A stretch of DNA of 64,000 nt from Octopus bimaculoides (Eukaryota). The stretch covers positions 34,197,172 to 34,261,171 of the forward strand of contig NC_069001.1 in NCBI RefSeq assembly GCF_001194135.2, in the 5' to 3' direction. The translations under genes and the position numbers were made by a program. Shown here one piece after another: positions 51,595 to 63,680 of this stretch (the stretch's first letter is position 1; each line of letters starts with the position of its first letter). A model generated the notes under the pieces. That model ran no database searches. It was given only the letters and a program-made list of their open reading frames with translations, and was not told where the DNA came from.

Positions 51595-51735
51595 ACTTAG
51601 TTCTGAGTTCAAATAGAGTGTAGGTTAACTTTGCTTTCTCTTTTATTTTTTTTGGTGGGGTTCATAAAATCAAGTACTAGTAAAGTACTGGGGTCAATAT
51701 AATCAACAAATTATTGGTCTTGTTCCTAAATTACA
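51595..51735 (+). mobile_element. SINE family B (diverged)
   Basis: TTCTGAGTTCAAAT...GTTAACTTTGCTTT...ATAAAATCAAGTACTAG...GTACTGGGGTCAATATAATC...GGTCTTGTTCC. Confidence 0.65.
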
Positions 51736-51758
51736 AACAGTTATTAAAAATGAAATCC

Positions 51759-51794
51759 GAAGATGTTTTCTGAAGATGTTTTCTGAAGATGTTT
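51759..51794. repeat. 13-bp tandem repeat GAAGATGTTTTCT x2.8
   Basis: Read directly; abuts the 5'-truncated SINE A half at 51795. Confidence 0.9.
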
Positions 51795-51955
51795 GATGGT
51801 GTGTTTACATCCCCGTAACTTAGCGGTTCAGCAAAAGAGTCCGATAGAATAAGTACTAGGTTTCCAAAGAATAAGTCCTGGGGTCGATTTGCTCGACTAA
51901 AGGCGGTGCTCCAGCATGGCCACAGTCAAAAGACTGAAACAAGTAAAAGAGAAAA
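51795..51955 (+). mobile_element. SINE family A, 3' half (near-consensus)
   Basis: GGTGTGTTTACATCCCCGTAACTTAGCGGTTCAGCAAAAGAGTCCGATAGAATAAGTACTAGG...GGGGTCGATTTGCTCGACTAAAGGCGGTGCTCCAGCATGGCC. Confidence 0.92.
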
Positions 51956-52088
51956 AAGAGTCTTTTTTATAACAGACAGACACTTCCCTCTTTCATTAAA
52001 AATACTAGTTTTTCCTTTCTTTCTTTCCTTCCTCCCTTCTTTCTTTGTTTCTTCATTTTTTCTCTATTTCTCTCTCTGTCTCCCCTCC

Positions 52089-52122
<34 letters not shown>

Positions 52123-52247
52123 CTATTCTTTCCTCTTTGTCTTTTCCCCTGAAACAAACCCATTCTAAGAAGCTTGAATTGATCCACAAAGACACAAGTA
52201 TGTTAGTTTCTCCTGATAAACCAAAGATAAAGTACGATCTATTGTGT

Positions 52248-52310
52248 TAACCCCATAACATTACTAACCCCATAACATTACTAACCCCATAACATTACTA
52301 ACCCCATAAC
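52248..52310. repeat. Perfect 17-bp tandem repeat TAACCCCATAACATTAC x3.7
   Basis: Three perfect units plus a partial unit, read directly. Confidence 0.97.
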
Positions 52311-52565
52311 TAAAACTAAACTGAAGACATTTTTTTTTTTAATATCCTTTTCTTATCGTAAATACTTAATCCCAGTCATCTGAAACATAAAGTAAGGATT
52401 GCAAAAATTCCCAACTAAACCTCTTTGTTTAAAACCACAAAATTAAAACAAGATATCAGGAAATTAAAGATAAAAAAATAAAAGAATTAACTTTTATTCA
52501 TGTAGACACGTATGTATANNNNNNNNNNNNNNNNNNNNNNNNNNNNNNNNNNNNNNNNNNNNNNC

Positions 52566-52597
<32 letters not shown>

Positions 52598-52643
52598 GTA
52601 TGTATATGTATGTAAATGTATGTATGTGTGTTTGTGTATGAGC

Positions 52644-52698
<55 letters not shown>

Positions 52699-54814
52699 TA
52701 CCAACATATGCTAACCTAAACACACTCTTTCCCTCACACATGCTAAAAAGTGCATTCGTTCAAACACGTTGTGCACACCTGTATATGATAATGCATTCAT
52801 ATATACATAATTGCAGCACATATATATGTGTGTGTATGTGTGTGTGTGCATGCAAGAATGAATGTATGCATCATCATCATCGTCATCATAAATATATATA
52901 AATATACATATATATATATGTGTGTATGTTTTTGTGTATATCTGAATTAATTTACAAAGCATAAGAAACCTTAGTGTGTGTGTGTGTGTGTGTGTGTGTG
53001 CACATGCACACACACACACACACAAACACACACACAGATACACACACATACACACACACACACATCTACAGAGACAGATTTACATACAAAGCTATATAAT
53101 CAATTTACAAATCATATTTTGATGTTATTAAATGAAAAACATTCTACATGAAATATTAAAATATAAATCAAATCAAATCAGTCATTTTGATAATTTCCTT
53201 TTATATATATATTATCATATACATATTATATTATATATATTTATATTTATTATTATCATTTATTTTCTTTTTACCTGAAAATTTTATGTATGTTATCAAT
53301 AATCTTTAGAAGTTTGCAATCTTGCTTTCCAACTTATCTGCATTATTTAATATTTTAGTTTTTCTAGGATGAGATGATAAATCAAAAATGTCGCTGAAAT
53401 AGTGAATCTTGCTTTGAGTAGTTTGCAGACTCTCCCTCTTTCTATCTCTGTCTGTCTGTCTGTCTGTCTTTCACTCTTTTGGTTTCTAGCTCTCAGTCAC
53501 AGAATATAACCTTAACTCGTTTATGTCCATATTTCTAACAAGAATAGACTCTGCAATGTGTCTCAATTTGTTTTCAGAATAATATTAAGAATTTGAAAGG
53601 TGTTTTAAATTTTTTTTTTTTTTTTTCATTAAACTGTCAACTTTTTAAAAAGATATTTATTGCTCTATAAAGTTGTTGCATGGAATACATCTTACAGAAA
53701 TAAATTTTACAGAAAATTGAAGAAAGTACGTTTTTACACTTTGAAAATTTTATATTATTGTTTGTGTTGTATATCCTGCTTTTAGAATATACGATATTCC
53801 GAGATGCTTTACATGTTTTGTATAGATAGAGTTATCTCCCTTGCCAGACATTGTTAACAGTGCATGACAGAAACTGCGGTGGGGAGGACATAAATAGTAG
53901 AATGTGTGGGGGAGGAGGAGTCTTTGCTGTGAGGTTCTCTGAGGTACAACAGAACTTGGACATTGTAACGCAATGCTCATTGTGGAATCTCTTTATCTAC
54001 AAAGGATATTACTTTGGGTAGCAGCCTGGTAGATCATTACTCTTTGATGTGAACCTGTTCCTACCTTCTGAAAAGGTATTCCTGATTAGATACATCATGT
54101 AATTGATGTATCATGAGAGGCAACTAAAACAGGTAGCATCCATTATTCTTTTGTCAAGAGCCATCACCCACTTGCTTTTCAATTCTTCCACACTTATAAG
54201 CCAGGTCGGCACTAGGAAGTGTGGGGCCCAATTAGGGAACTATCAATGGAGCCTTCTATTCTACAAAAGCTGAAGATTGGCGTTTTATACTTCGTGTAAT
54301 ATGCCAGTCCCAGACAAAAAGCATTGAGGGTTTGAGGCTCCACCATTAGCCACAGAGATAGTAAAAATTCATCATAGCATCCTCTGCTCACAGGGACCTC
54401 TCTTGGTGTGGGGCTCAGTTTGAATAAATCTGTCCAACTGACTTATACTGGCCCTGGTTATAAGGACCGCTTTAAGTCTTCAGACTATCTTTACTACTAC
54501 TGGTGCCAACCAAAAAGTTTGAAAGTCAAAGTTGGTGACCTCAGCAGAATTTGAACTCAGAATTTAAAGGGGTTTAAGACATATTTGTTCAGCATTATAA
54601 TGAGTCTACCAACCCACCCTCTTAATTGTTATGATAATGATAGCAAGAAATGATTGAGGTTAATGACCCTCTCATGTTGGTAAACAAAGGAACAAATTTA
54701 AAGGTAAGAGGTACAGTGATAGAGCAAGTGTCAGTTGACCAGTGAGGCTGATGTTATTGACTTACACTTTACCCAAACTTGCTGCCAAAGCTTGAAACTA
54801 TTTATATTGATGTT

Positions 54815-54968
54815 GTTCAAATTCTGTGGAAGTTGACTTCGCCTTTCATCCTTTTGAAGATCTATGGAATAAGAACCAGTCATGTCCTGAGGGTTCCTGT
54901 AATCGACTCCCACTGACACCCACCAAATTTCAGGCCTTGTGTCAGTAGTGGAAAGGATTATTATTATT
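54815..54968 (+). mobile_element. SINE family B with (ATT)n tail
   Basis: GTTCAAATTCTGTGGAAGTTGACTTCGCCTTTCATCCTTT...AAATTTCAGGCCTTGTGTC...GGAAAGGATTATTATTATT. Confidence 0.82.
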
Positions 54969-55197
54969 GTTGTTGTTCTTGTTGTTGCAGAGAGATGATA
55001 GGCTAAAAGTGGGTTCCTTCATGATGGTTCAATGATCAATATTCATTACAAATTTTGTAGACTCCAATGAATAATAATGAACCTTGGAAATGGATTTGTT
55101 TTTTAAGCGTGAGCTTAGGATAGAGAAAGTTTATATTTAAACGTGTGTTTGCATGCATATACATGCACATGCGTGTGTACGTGTGTATGTATATATA

Positions 55198-55253
<56 letters not shown>

Positions 55254-55263
55254 NNNNNNNNNN

Positions 55264-55312
<49 letters not shown>

Positions 55313-55547
55313 CACCACCCCCTATCTTTCCATCTATCTATCTGTATATATATATATATGTGTGTGTGTGTGTATACATATACATATACAAGCATACATT
55401 TATGTCCTGACATGCATACATACACACACATACATACAAATATAGATAGATAGATAGATAGATAGATGAAAAGATAGATAGGTGAATATATCTACATAAA
55501 TATATATATCCATTGATGCTGATTCTACTTTTATTTGTTTATATACA

Positions 55548-55660
55548 TTAGGAAGGGCCTCCAGCTGTATAAAACCCAGCCAAAACAGATGACTGGAACC
55601 TGATGTAGTCCTTTGGCTTGTCAGCTCTGGTTAAACTGTCCAACCATGCCAGAATGTTCC
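55548..55660 (+). mobile_element. Family D partial copy
   Basis: TTAGGAAGGGCCTCCAGCTGTATAAAAC...AAACTGTCCAACCATGCCAG. Confidence 0.7.
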
Positions 55661-56250
55661 GTCTCTCTCTCTGTGTCCCCTCTCTCTCTCTCTGTCCCTT
55701 CTCTCTCTCTCTCTCCCTCTCTCTCTTTCTATGGGGGAGAAAAACTTGTAGAAGGATAGACAAATTGATAAGTAAAAATATAAGTAGGCATTCACACACA
55801 CTGTGAGAGAAAAGAAGTGAGTTGAAGGATAGACGAATTGATAAGAAAAAAATCATATCACAGCTGAAAACTCTAGAAACTTTCAATCTAATGGTAATTG
55901 TGTCTCTGATTTGCATTTAGACACACCTATGTACACTCAACACACACACACACACATGTATGCAGGCACTCAGTTACATATAGAGATATATGTACACACA
56001 CACACACACACACACTTACAAACTCATAAACATTAATTATATATGCATCAAACATGTGGATGAACACACACACACACACACACACCATACACACATATAC
56101 ATGCACGTGTACATACAGATTGGTACATATCCAGTTACTCATATACACACACACATATACATGCACATGCACAATCACATGGTCACACCCATTTCACTTA
56201 CGCCAAACATACACATTCACACACATAAATACTCACCAAATGTATGCATG

Positions 56251-56284
<34 letters not shown>

Positions 56285-56576
56285 TGCATGTACGCACCCA
56301 CATATGCACAAACAGGCACGTATGCACTCACTGCATGTACCAAATACATGGATGAACACACAGAAACACACATATTGATACATAGATACAGACGAGTGCA
56401 TACCAACATCGACACACATACACACACAAAGACAAACTCATACATACATACATACAGGCAAGTATGTACACACACACACACAAGCATAGATTCATAGAGA
56501 CAAGCACATATACAGACATGTGTACACTCACACACATACATACAGGCAAACACAGACACTTGCTCATGTATGTGCG

Positions 56577-56607
<31 letters not shown>

Positions 56608-56989
56608 ACACACAGTCACAAAGATAAATGAGGAAATAGAAAAACAAAAAAATCTGAGCATTTTGTCACTTATCAAATCAGTAGCCCCTTTCAGATGATG
56701 TCATTATTGTTTTTGAAGTGACAGACTGTATAATGGTGAGAGAATATAGCTGATAGAAAATATCACAATAGTTTCTTTTGTTGGGATTGTTCCACCAGAG
56801 ATTTAATGTGAAATTATGTGTTCAAACTATAGCAATTACATTGAAGTGACGTCACATGGCTTATTAAAAAACCTATACACTGTTTTATCTACCTAGTCGT
56901 TTTTTCTGCATTGTTCTGTTTTGATTTTATTAAAGAGAAAAATAAAATTATAGGCATAGGCATGTTTGTCTGGTCAAGATGTGTGCTTG

Positions 56990-57096
56990 CAAGTTATTGT
57001 ATGGCATCTTGGGTAAGTGTCTTCTACTATAGCTTTGAGCTGACCAAAGCGTTGTGAGTGGATCTGGTAGAGAGAGAAACTAAAAAAAACCTGTTG

Positions 57097-57127
<31 letters not shown>

Positions 57128-57352
57128 CTGTGTGTGTGTGTGTGTGTGTGTATAAGTCTGCATTTGCACCCCCCACCATTGATTGACAACCAATGATGGT
57201 GTGTTTATGTCCCTGTAACTTAGTACTTCAGCAAAAGAGATCGATAGGATAAGCACCTGGCTTACAAAGAATCAGTCCAGGGGTTGATTTCTTTAACTAA
57301 AAGGTGATGCTTCGGCATGGTTGTGGTCAAATGACTGAAAGAGTAAAAGAGA
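56990..57352 (+). mobile_element. SINE family A lacking the tRNA head
   Basis: GGCATCTTGGGTAAGTGTCTTCTACTATAG...(TA)n(TG)n...TTGACAACCAATGATGGTGTGTTT...CAAATGACTGAAAGAGTAAAAGAG. Confidence 0.85.
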
Positions 57353-57353
57353 A

Positions 57354-57428
<75 letters not shown>

Positions 57429-57656
57429 TCACATGAAGTGAGTGAGTGTGTGTGTGTGTGTGTGCAAAGGTATTAATGAATACTTGTATTCCAACCTTTT
57501 CATCACTTGAGCAAAGCAGTAGTGATGTTGGCATCACATGATGACAATGATTATTTGCAATGTACTTTTCAAAGACCCCAAGAATGAAAATGATTCTTAC
57601 TTGAAAAACTGGTAAGAGACGGTAACAGGAAGAGCTCCTGGTCATAAAATGCTGCC

Positions 57657-57883
57657 TTAACTCTTTTGATACCAACCCAACCCAACTGAAACCACCTCTG
57701 GCTCTGTAGTACAAATGTTTTGCTTTTATAAGTTTCGAACTAAAATCTTCTGCCAAATCACAATTTATGTTCTTAACATTGGCTTAATAATAACTAAGTT
57801 ATTTTACTAAATTCTTTGTTATACTTAAAATTAATTGAAAGAAACAGAGCATCTCAAAATAAATACGGTACCAAAAGGGTTAA
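57657..57883 (+). mobile_element. TTAA-flanked piggyBac-type MITE (family P2)
   Basis: TTAA|CTCTTTTGATACCAACC...CCAAAAGGG|TTAA; clear homology to the 15.1 and 15.3 kb copies. Confidence 0.8.
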
Positions 57884-57919
57884 ATAACTTTTCAATCATT
57901 ATAACAAGAATAAATAATT

Positions 57920-58060
57920 CAGGAATGCTTGCGGCCTAATAATTAGAGCATTGTGCTCATTATCATAAGAAAATAGTTTCAATTTCCACGCTGAGTGGTA
58001 CATTGTGTCTTTGAGCCAGGCACTTCATTTCATTTGCTTTAGTTCTCTCAGTTAACAGCA
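57920..58060 (+). mobile_element. SINE family C (old)
   Basis: GCGGCCTAATAATTAGAGC...GTTTCAATTTCC...TTGTGTCTTTGAGCCAGGCACTTCATTTCATTTGCTTTAGT. Confidence 0.5.
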
Positions 58061-59463
58061 AATTGTATTAGCAAGAGCTGGAGTTCATCTGNNNNNNNNN
58101 NNNNNNNNNNNNNNNNNNNNNNNNNNNNNNNNNNNNNNNNNNNNNNNNNNNNNNNNNNNNNNNNNNNNNNNNNNNNNNNNNNNNNNNNNNNNNNNNNNNN
58201 NNNNNNNNNNNNNNNNNNNNNNNNNNNNNNNNNNNNNNNNNNNNNNNNNNNNNNNNNNNNNNNNNNNNNNNNNNNNNNNNNNNNNNNNNNNNNNNNNNNN
58301 NNNNNNNNNNNNNNNNNNNNNNNNNNNNNNNNNNNNNNNNNNNNNNNNNNNNNNNNNNNNNNNNNNNNNNNNNNNNNNNNNNNNNNNNNNNNNNNNNNNN
58401 NNNNNNNNNNNNNNNNNNNNNNNNNNNNNNNNNNNNNNNNNNNNNNNNNNNNNNNNNNNNNNNNNNNNNNNNNNNNNNNNNNNNNNNNNNNNNNNNNNNN
58501 NNNNNNNNNNNNNNNNNNNNNNNNNNNNNNNNNNNNNNNNNNNNNNNNNNNNNNNNNNNNNNNNNNNNNNNNNNNNNNNNNNNNNNNNNNNNNNNNNNNN
58601 NNNNNNNNNNNNNNNNNNNNNNNNNNNNNNNNNNNNNNNNNNNNNNNNNNNNNNNNNNNNNNNNNNNNNNNNNNNNNNNNNNNNNNNNNNNNNNNNNNNN
58701 NNNNNNNNNNNNNNNNNNNNNNNNNNNNNNNNTTTGTTTGTTACCACTTTATTCCTCCCATGGGGTCAGTTTGTTTGGAAAACTGTCAAATACCAGTAGA
58801 ATCCAATCTTGTCACTTCCAGCTGTCCGACACTTTCTGCACGTCCTCCGCCTCCGTCGACTCCCACCCCACCCTACCACTCCTCCTCCTCCACCACCTCT
58901 TCCTCCCTCCCACTCTCCCCTCCCACCTCACCCAACCACTTAATTTCAATGGTTTCTGTGCCTAACCTGTGTACAGTCTATTGACAGCCACCCTGATACT
59001 CTAGTTTTTATCCCCTTCACCACCACATTCACTATTATAAGCCTTCTGCTTCATCGTTATCGTCGTCATCGTCATCGTCATCATCCTCACTGTCGTCGTC
59101 TCGTCATCATCATCGTCATCATCATCATTATATTCATTATTGTTTGTTGCATTTGCAATGGAAATAAATTATAAAAGTAATCTTGGTTTATAGAATAAAC
59201 TTTCCTGTTGAGAATTTCATCTGTCAATGAATAATAAAATATTAGCTCTTTGCAGTTGGTTTCAATTGTTTCGAAAAGTGTATATAAACACACACACACA
59301 CACACACAAACATGCACACACATGCATTTACACATGCGCACACACATACATACATACACTTGTGCACACATATATTTACACATGCACACACACATGTACT
59401 TGCATAACAATATATACACGTATCTATTATACACACACATATATGAATGAACGTGTGAATGTT

Positions 59464-59546
<83 letters not shown>

Positions 59547-60124
59547 NNNNNNNNNNNNNNNNNNNNNNNNNNNNNNNNNNNNNNNNNNNNNNNNNNNNNN
59601 NNNNNNNNNNNNNNNNNNNNNNNNNNNNNNNNNNNNNNNNNNNNNNNNNNNNNNNNNNNNNNNNNNNNNNNNNNNNNNNNNNNNNNNNNNNNNNNNNNNN
59701 NNNNNNNNNNNNNNNNNNNNNNNNNNNNNNNNNNNNNNNNNNNNNNNNNNNNNNNNNNNNNNNNNNNNNNNNNNNNNNNNNNNNNNNNNNNNNNNNNNNN
59801 NNNNNNNNNNNNNNNNNNNNNNNNNNNNNNNNNNNNNNNNNNNNNNNNNNNNNNNNNNNNNNNNNNNNNNNNNNNNNNNNNNNNNNNNNNNNNNNNNNNN
59901 NNNNNNNNNNNNNNNNNNNNNNNNNNNNNNNNNNNNNNNNNNNNNNNNNNNNNNNNNNNNNNNNNNNNNNNNNNNNNNNNNNNNNNNNNNNNNNNNNNNN
60001 NNNNNNNNNNNNNNNNNNNNNNNNNNNNNNNNNNNNNNNNNNNNNNNNNNNNNNNNNNNNNNNNNNNNNNNNNNNNNNNNNNNNNNNNNNNNNNNNNNNN
60101 NNNNNNNNNNNNNNNNNNNNNNNN

Positions 60125-60433
60125 ATATATGTATATATATGCATATAGGTATGTATTTATATATATAAATGTATATATATACGTATGTATGTATATATAT
60201 ATATGTATGTTTATATATGTATATATATGCATATAAGTATGTATTTATATATATCTATGCCTGTATATATATACGTATGTATGTATATATATATATGTAT
60301 GTTTATATATGTATATATATGCATATAAGTATGTATTTATATATATCTATGCCTATATATATATATGTATATATTTATATATATCTATGCCTATATATAT
60401 ACATATATATATATAAATATACATATATATATA

Positions 60434-60464
<31 letters not shown>

Positions 60465-60530
60465 ATATATGTATATATATATACATCTCTGTATATATAC
60501 GCACACAAATATATGTGTGTGTGTGTGTGT
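60125..60530. repeat. TA-microsatellite array with ~90-bp higher-order periodicity
   Basis: The marker GCATATA(A/G)GTATGTATTTATAT recurs at 60141, 60229 and 60321. Confidence 0.85.
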
Positions 60531-60746
60531 GTAAATCTTGCTTTAAGAATCTGAAAGGTACATCAAACTTAAAATAAATTACACCTCACAAAGTATTAAA
60601 CGAAATAGCCTCTAGACTAGCAGTTCTCAGTAGTAGCTTCCAGGGCTGCATGCGACCCTCAACGGTCCCCCACCCCTCTATAAATGTAATAAATTTTTCT
60701 TTAATCGACTTGCGTTTTGCTCTTTTTGGTGTGGTCCCCTACCATG

Positions 60747-60800
<54 letters not shown>

Positions 60801-60812
60801 TACACATATATA

Positions 60813-61701
60813 CAGGGTGCAGTGAATATATTGTCATCTAAATTATGCAAAAATGAAAATAAGACTGACATTTCAATTTAACAGATATATTTACCAAAAT
60901 TACATAAAAATATTTTGAAATACTAAAGAGTAAATTTATTCAATAAAATCGTCATTGGTTTCAGTCAAGGCCTCCAGACAACTTCAGAATCTCCTGCAAC
61001 TCTTCTGGATGGTCTCCTTGTTTAAGTTGGTGAATGCTGCCATAATTCTTGCTTTCAGTTCATCTTTGGTGTCACAAGGAGTTTTGTTGGTCTCTGGTTC
61101 AACTGCATCCCACACATAATAATCAAGGGGTTTGCAGTCTGGGGAGATAGATGGCTAGATGTTAGAGGTGATATGGTTGCAGAAATTGTCTAACAGCCAT
61201 GACTGGGCTCTCCTGCTTGTGCGGCATGGTGCAGAGTCCTGTTGCCAGACACAGTTTTCCAGAAGATACCCTCTTGACTCAGGGCAACACTACCTCCTCT
61301 AGGCACTTGATGCTGGCCCCGTTGTTGGGCGTGAGGCCGTGCTGGAAGGTGAATGGAGGCATAATGTCATCACCACTGGTAGTCACTCCAAACACCATGA
61401 TGTTGACTGGATGTTTGATCTTTATCTCTCTTGGTATATGTTTTGGGGACATGGCAAACTAATGGTTGTTCTATGTGTTCACCATCATTTCGTATTGGAA
61501 CTTTTGGCATGAATGCCAAGCCGTACAGCATGTTGTTTCCAAATTTCTGGCAGCGTGAATTGCATCATGGTGCTGGTTTTCTCACAGATGGTGCCCAACT
61601 GACCCTACTATACTGTGTAGTCGACAAAATCAAAAACAAACAATGCGCATGTGTGAAATTACCCATTACACCCTGAGTGACAATTTACCCTTCACACCCT
61701 G
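60813..61701 (-). mobile_element. Internally deleted Tc1/mariner-superfamily DNA transposon, DD37D (maT-type)
   Basis: Imperfect TIRs: left ta|CAGGGTGCAGTGAATATATTGTCA at 60813; right end reverse-complements to CAGGGTGTGAAGGGTAAATTGTCA ending at 61701. Left TA is intact, right TA reads TG. Contains a transposase remnant on the minus strand. Confidence 0.88.
60936..61568 (-). pseudogene. Degenerate DD37D transposase (stops, frameshifts, large internal deletion)
   Basis: Manual minus-strand translation: MMQFTLPEIWKQHAVRLGIHAKSSNT / MMVNT*NNH*FAMSPKHIPREIKIKHPVNIMVFGVTTSGDDIMPPFTFQHGLTPNNGASIKCLEEVVLP*VKRVSS / VWQQDSAPCRTSRRAQSWLLDNFCNHITSNI*PSISPDCKPLDYYVWDAVEPETNKTPCDTKDELKARIMAAFTNLNKETIQKSCRRF*SCLEALTETNDDFIE*. 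I counted 37 residues between the D of QQD and the D of PLD. Confidence 0.88.
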
Positions 61702-61709
61702 TGTATGTG

Positions 61710-61755
<46 letters not shown>

Positions 61756-61925
61756 CACACACACACAAACACACTCAAACTCATGCTTATATATATAATT
61801 ATGTGTGTTTATGTATATATACACATATACATACACATATAAAACACACATATGCATCATATATAGATACACATATAAAACACATATATGCATATGTATA
61901 CACACACACACACACNNNNNNNNNN

Positions 61926-61973
<48 letters not shown>

Positions 61974-62089
61974 GTGATATGGTGCACTATTACTTTTATC
62001 CTACATTGAACCCTTGCCTCTATTTGCCTTCATTAACTGGAGTTTGTTTTTAAGGTGGAAAAGGTTCTGCTATCAATTATTCCCCAAGA

Positions 62090-62400
62090 CACGCTCTCAT
62101 CAACACAATTATCACCAACTGGTGGTGTCATTCTTTAAACTTCTCCAACGATACCAGCATTCCATTTCAATGATTTTATTTCCTACAGTGAGGTCAACAG
62201 CCAAACTGCTTTCTTCTCTGATTTTCTGATTTAATCATACTTGGAGATTTCACTCTGTGCAAATTCTTCCTGACACTTCCATATCTCTCATGCCAGCTCA
62301 ACTGACACAAAACACTGAAACCTTTAATATCTGAAATAAACCGTTCTGGCTAATCCTTTTCCTTACACTTGTTCATGAACATTCATTCAACTCTATTGCT
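62090..62400 (+). pseudogene. Possible decayed APE endonuclease fragment of a CR1/L2-type LINE
   Basis: TGGVIL at about 62118 and LIILGDFT at 62231-62254 (cf. GGGV and IILGDFN); different frames and shortened spacing. Confidence 0.35.
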
Positions 62401-62948
62401 TGATTTTAAATCAAAATCTTAACCTTGTACAGCAGTTTCTGCTCTCAGCTGCTCCCCTCACTCTTTTGATTTGATCTCTCACCTCCACACCAGAGCCAGA
62501 TATCAGTAACTTACGACTATTTCTCAAATAATTTCATCATTGGAAATTACCTGTTGATTGAACCTTCATTACCTTTATACTGATTATTCATGACCAGAGA
62601 ATCGTTCTACACTTGACCATGACAAAGCAAGTAGTAAAATTCTTAACGAACAACTAATTCTATTTGACATGAATCAGGAAACTAAAATCTGGAAGTGGTT
62701 AGCAAAGAAATGTGTCATGAAGGGATAAGCAAACAAAACAAAAAAAAAAGTGTTTTCATGAGGGCTTTTAAATAAAAAAAAAAATATTAGCAATGGGGGA
62801 TATAATATCCTTACAAAAGAAATATCTTCATGGCTACTCAGGACTGGTGTGCCTTCTGTAATTTCCAAAAGAGTTCATGAAAACAAGGAAAAAGAAAGCG
62901 AAAAATATTCTCATTGCACTACCAAACATACTCTTTTCTACTTTAAGC

Positions 62949-63085
62949 ATAAGGCTCGAAATTTTGGGGGAGGGGGCCAGTCGATTAGATCGACACCAGT
63001 TCGCAACTGGTACTTAATTTTTCGACCTCCACAGAATTTGAACTCAGAACGTAAAGATTGATGAAATACTGCTAAGCATTTGACT
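62949..63085 (-). mobile_element. SINE family B with an internal deletion of the core
   Basis: GAAATTTTGGGGGAGGGGGCCAGTCGATTAGATCGACACCAGT...CTGGTACTTAATTT...GAATTTGAACTCAGAACGTAAAG...GCTAAGCATTT. Confidence 0.8.
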
Positions 63086-63133
63086 TCAGTTTAGTGTCCT
63101 TGCTTAGTGATTATTGTTTATTATAGGTGTGGT

Positions 63134-63348
63134 CATGGCTGTGTGGTTGAGAAGATCACTTCCTGACACTATAATTTTAGGTTCAGTCCCACAGTGTGGT
63201 CCCTTGGGCTAGTATCTCTTATAGCTACAGTGAGTGGATTTGGTAGATGGAAATCTACCAAAGATAGTTGCCCAAGGTACCACACAATGGGATTGAACCT
63301 GAAACTATGTGGTTTCGAAGCAAACTTCATAAACAAACAGCCACACCT
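63134..63348. mobile_element. Two SINE family A heads fused as an inverted (fold-back) dimer
   Basis: Plus-strand head 63134-63253 joined to a minus-strand head 63254-63348 at TTTGGTAGA-TGGAAA-TCTACCAAA. Confidence 0.75.
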
Positions 63349-63577
63349 GTGGCTATTTTACAAATATATATTTCAATCTGAGAAAGAAAAAAAAAATGAA
63401 TCAAACATGTCATTATATACTCATTAACTCTGCTTCTATCATTAGAAGTAGTCTTCAGGTAAAACCTAATGAAAATTCTCAGAAAAAACGAGAATGGGAA
63501 TAAGATAATATTTTTAATTATAAATATTTGTGTGAGTATTTGCATGAATGCACATGTTCCTTTCCATTTTCCTGCAT

Positions 63578-63680
<103 letters not shown>

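Noticed and set aside
53270-53285. Minus-strand AG|GTAA juxtaposition (possible recursive splice site; similar at about 46155-46165)
   Set aside because: The motif is short and expected by chance; it cannot be supported without nascent-RNA sawtooth data.
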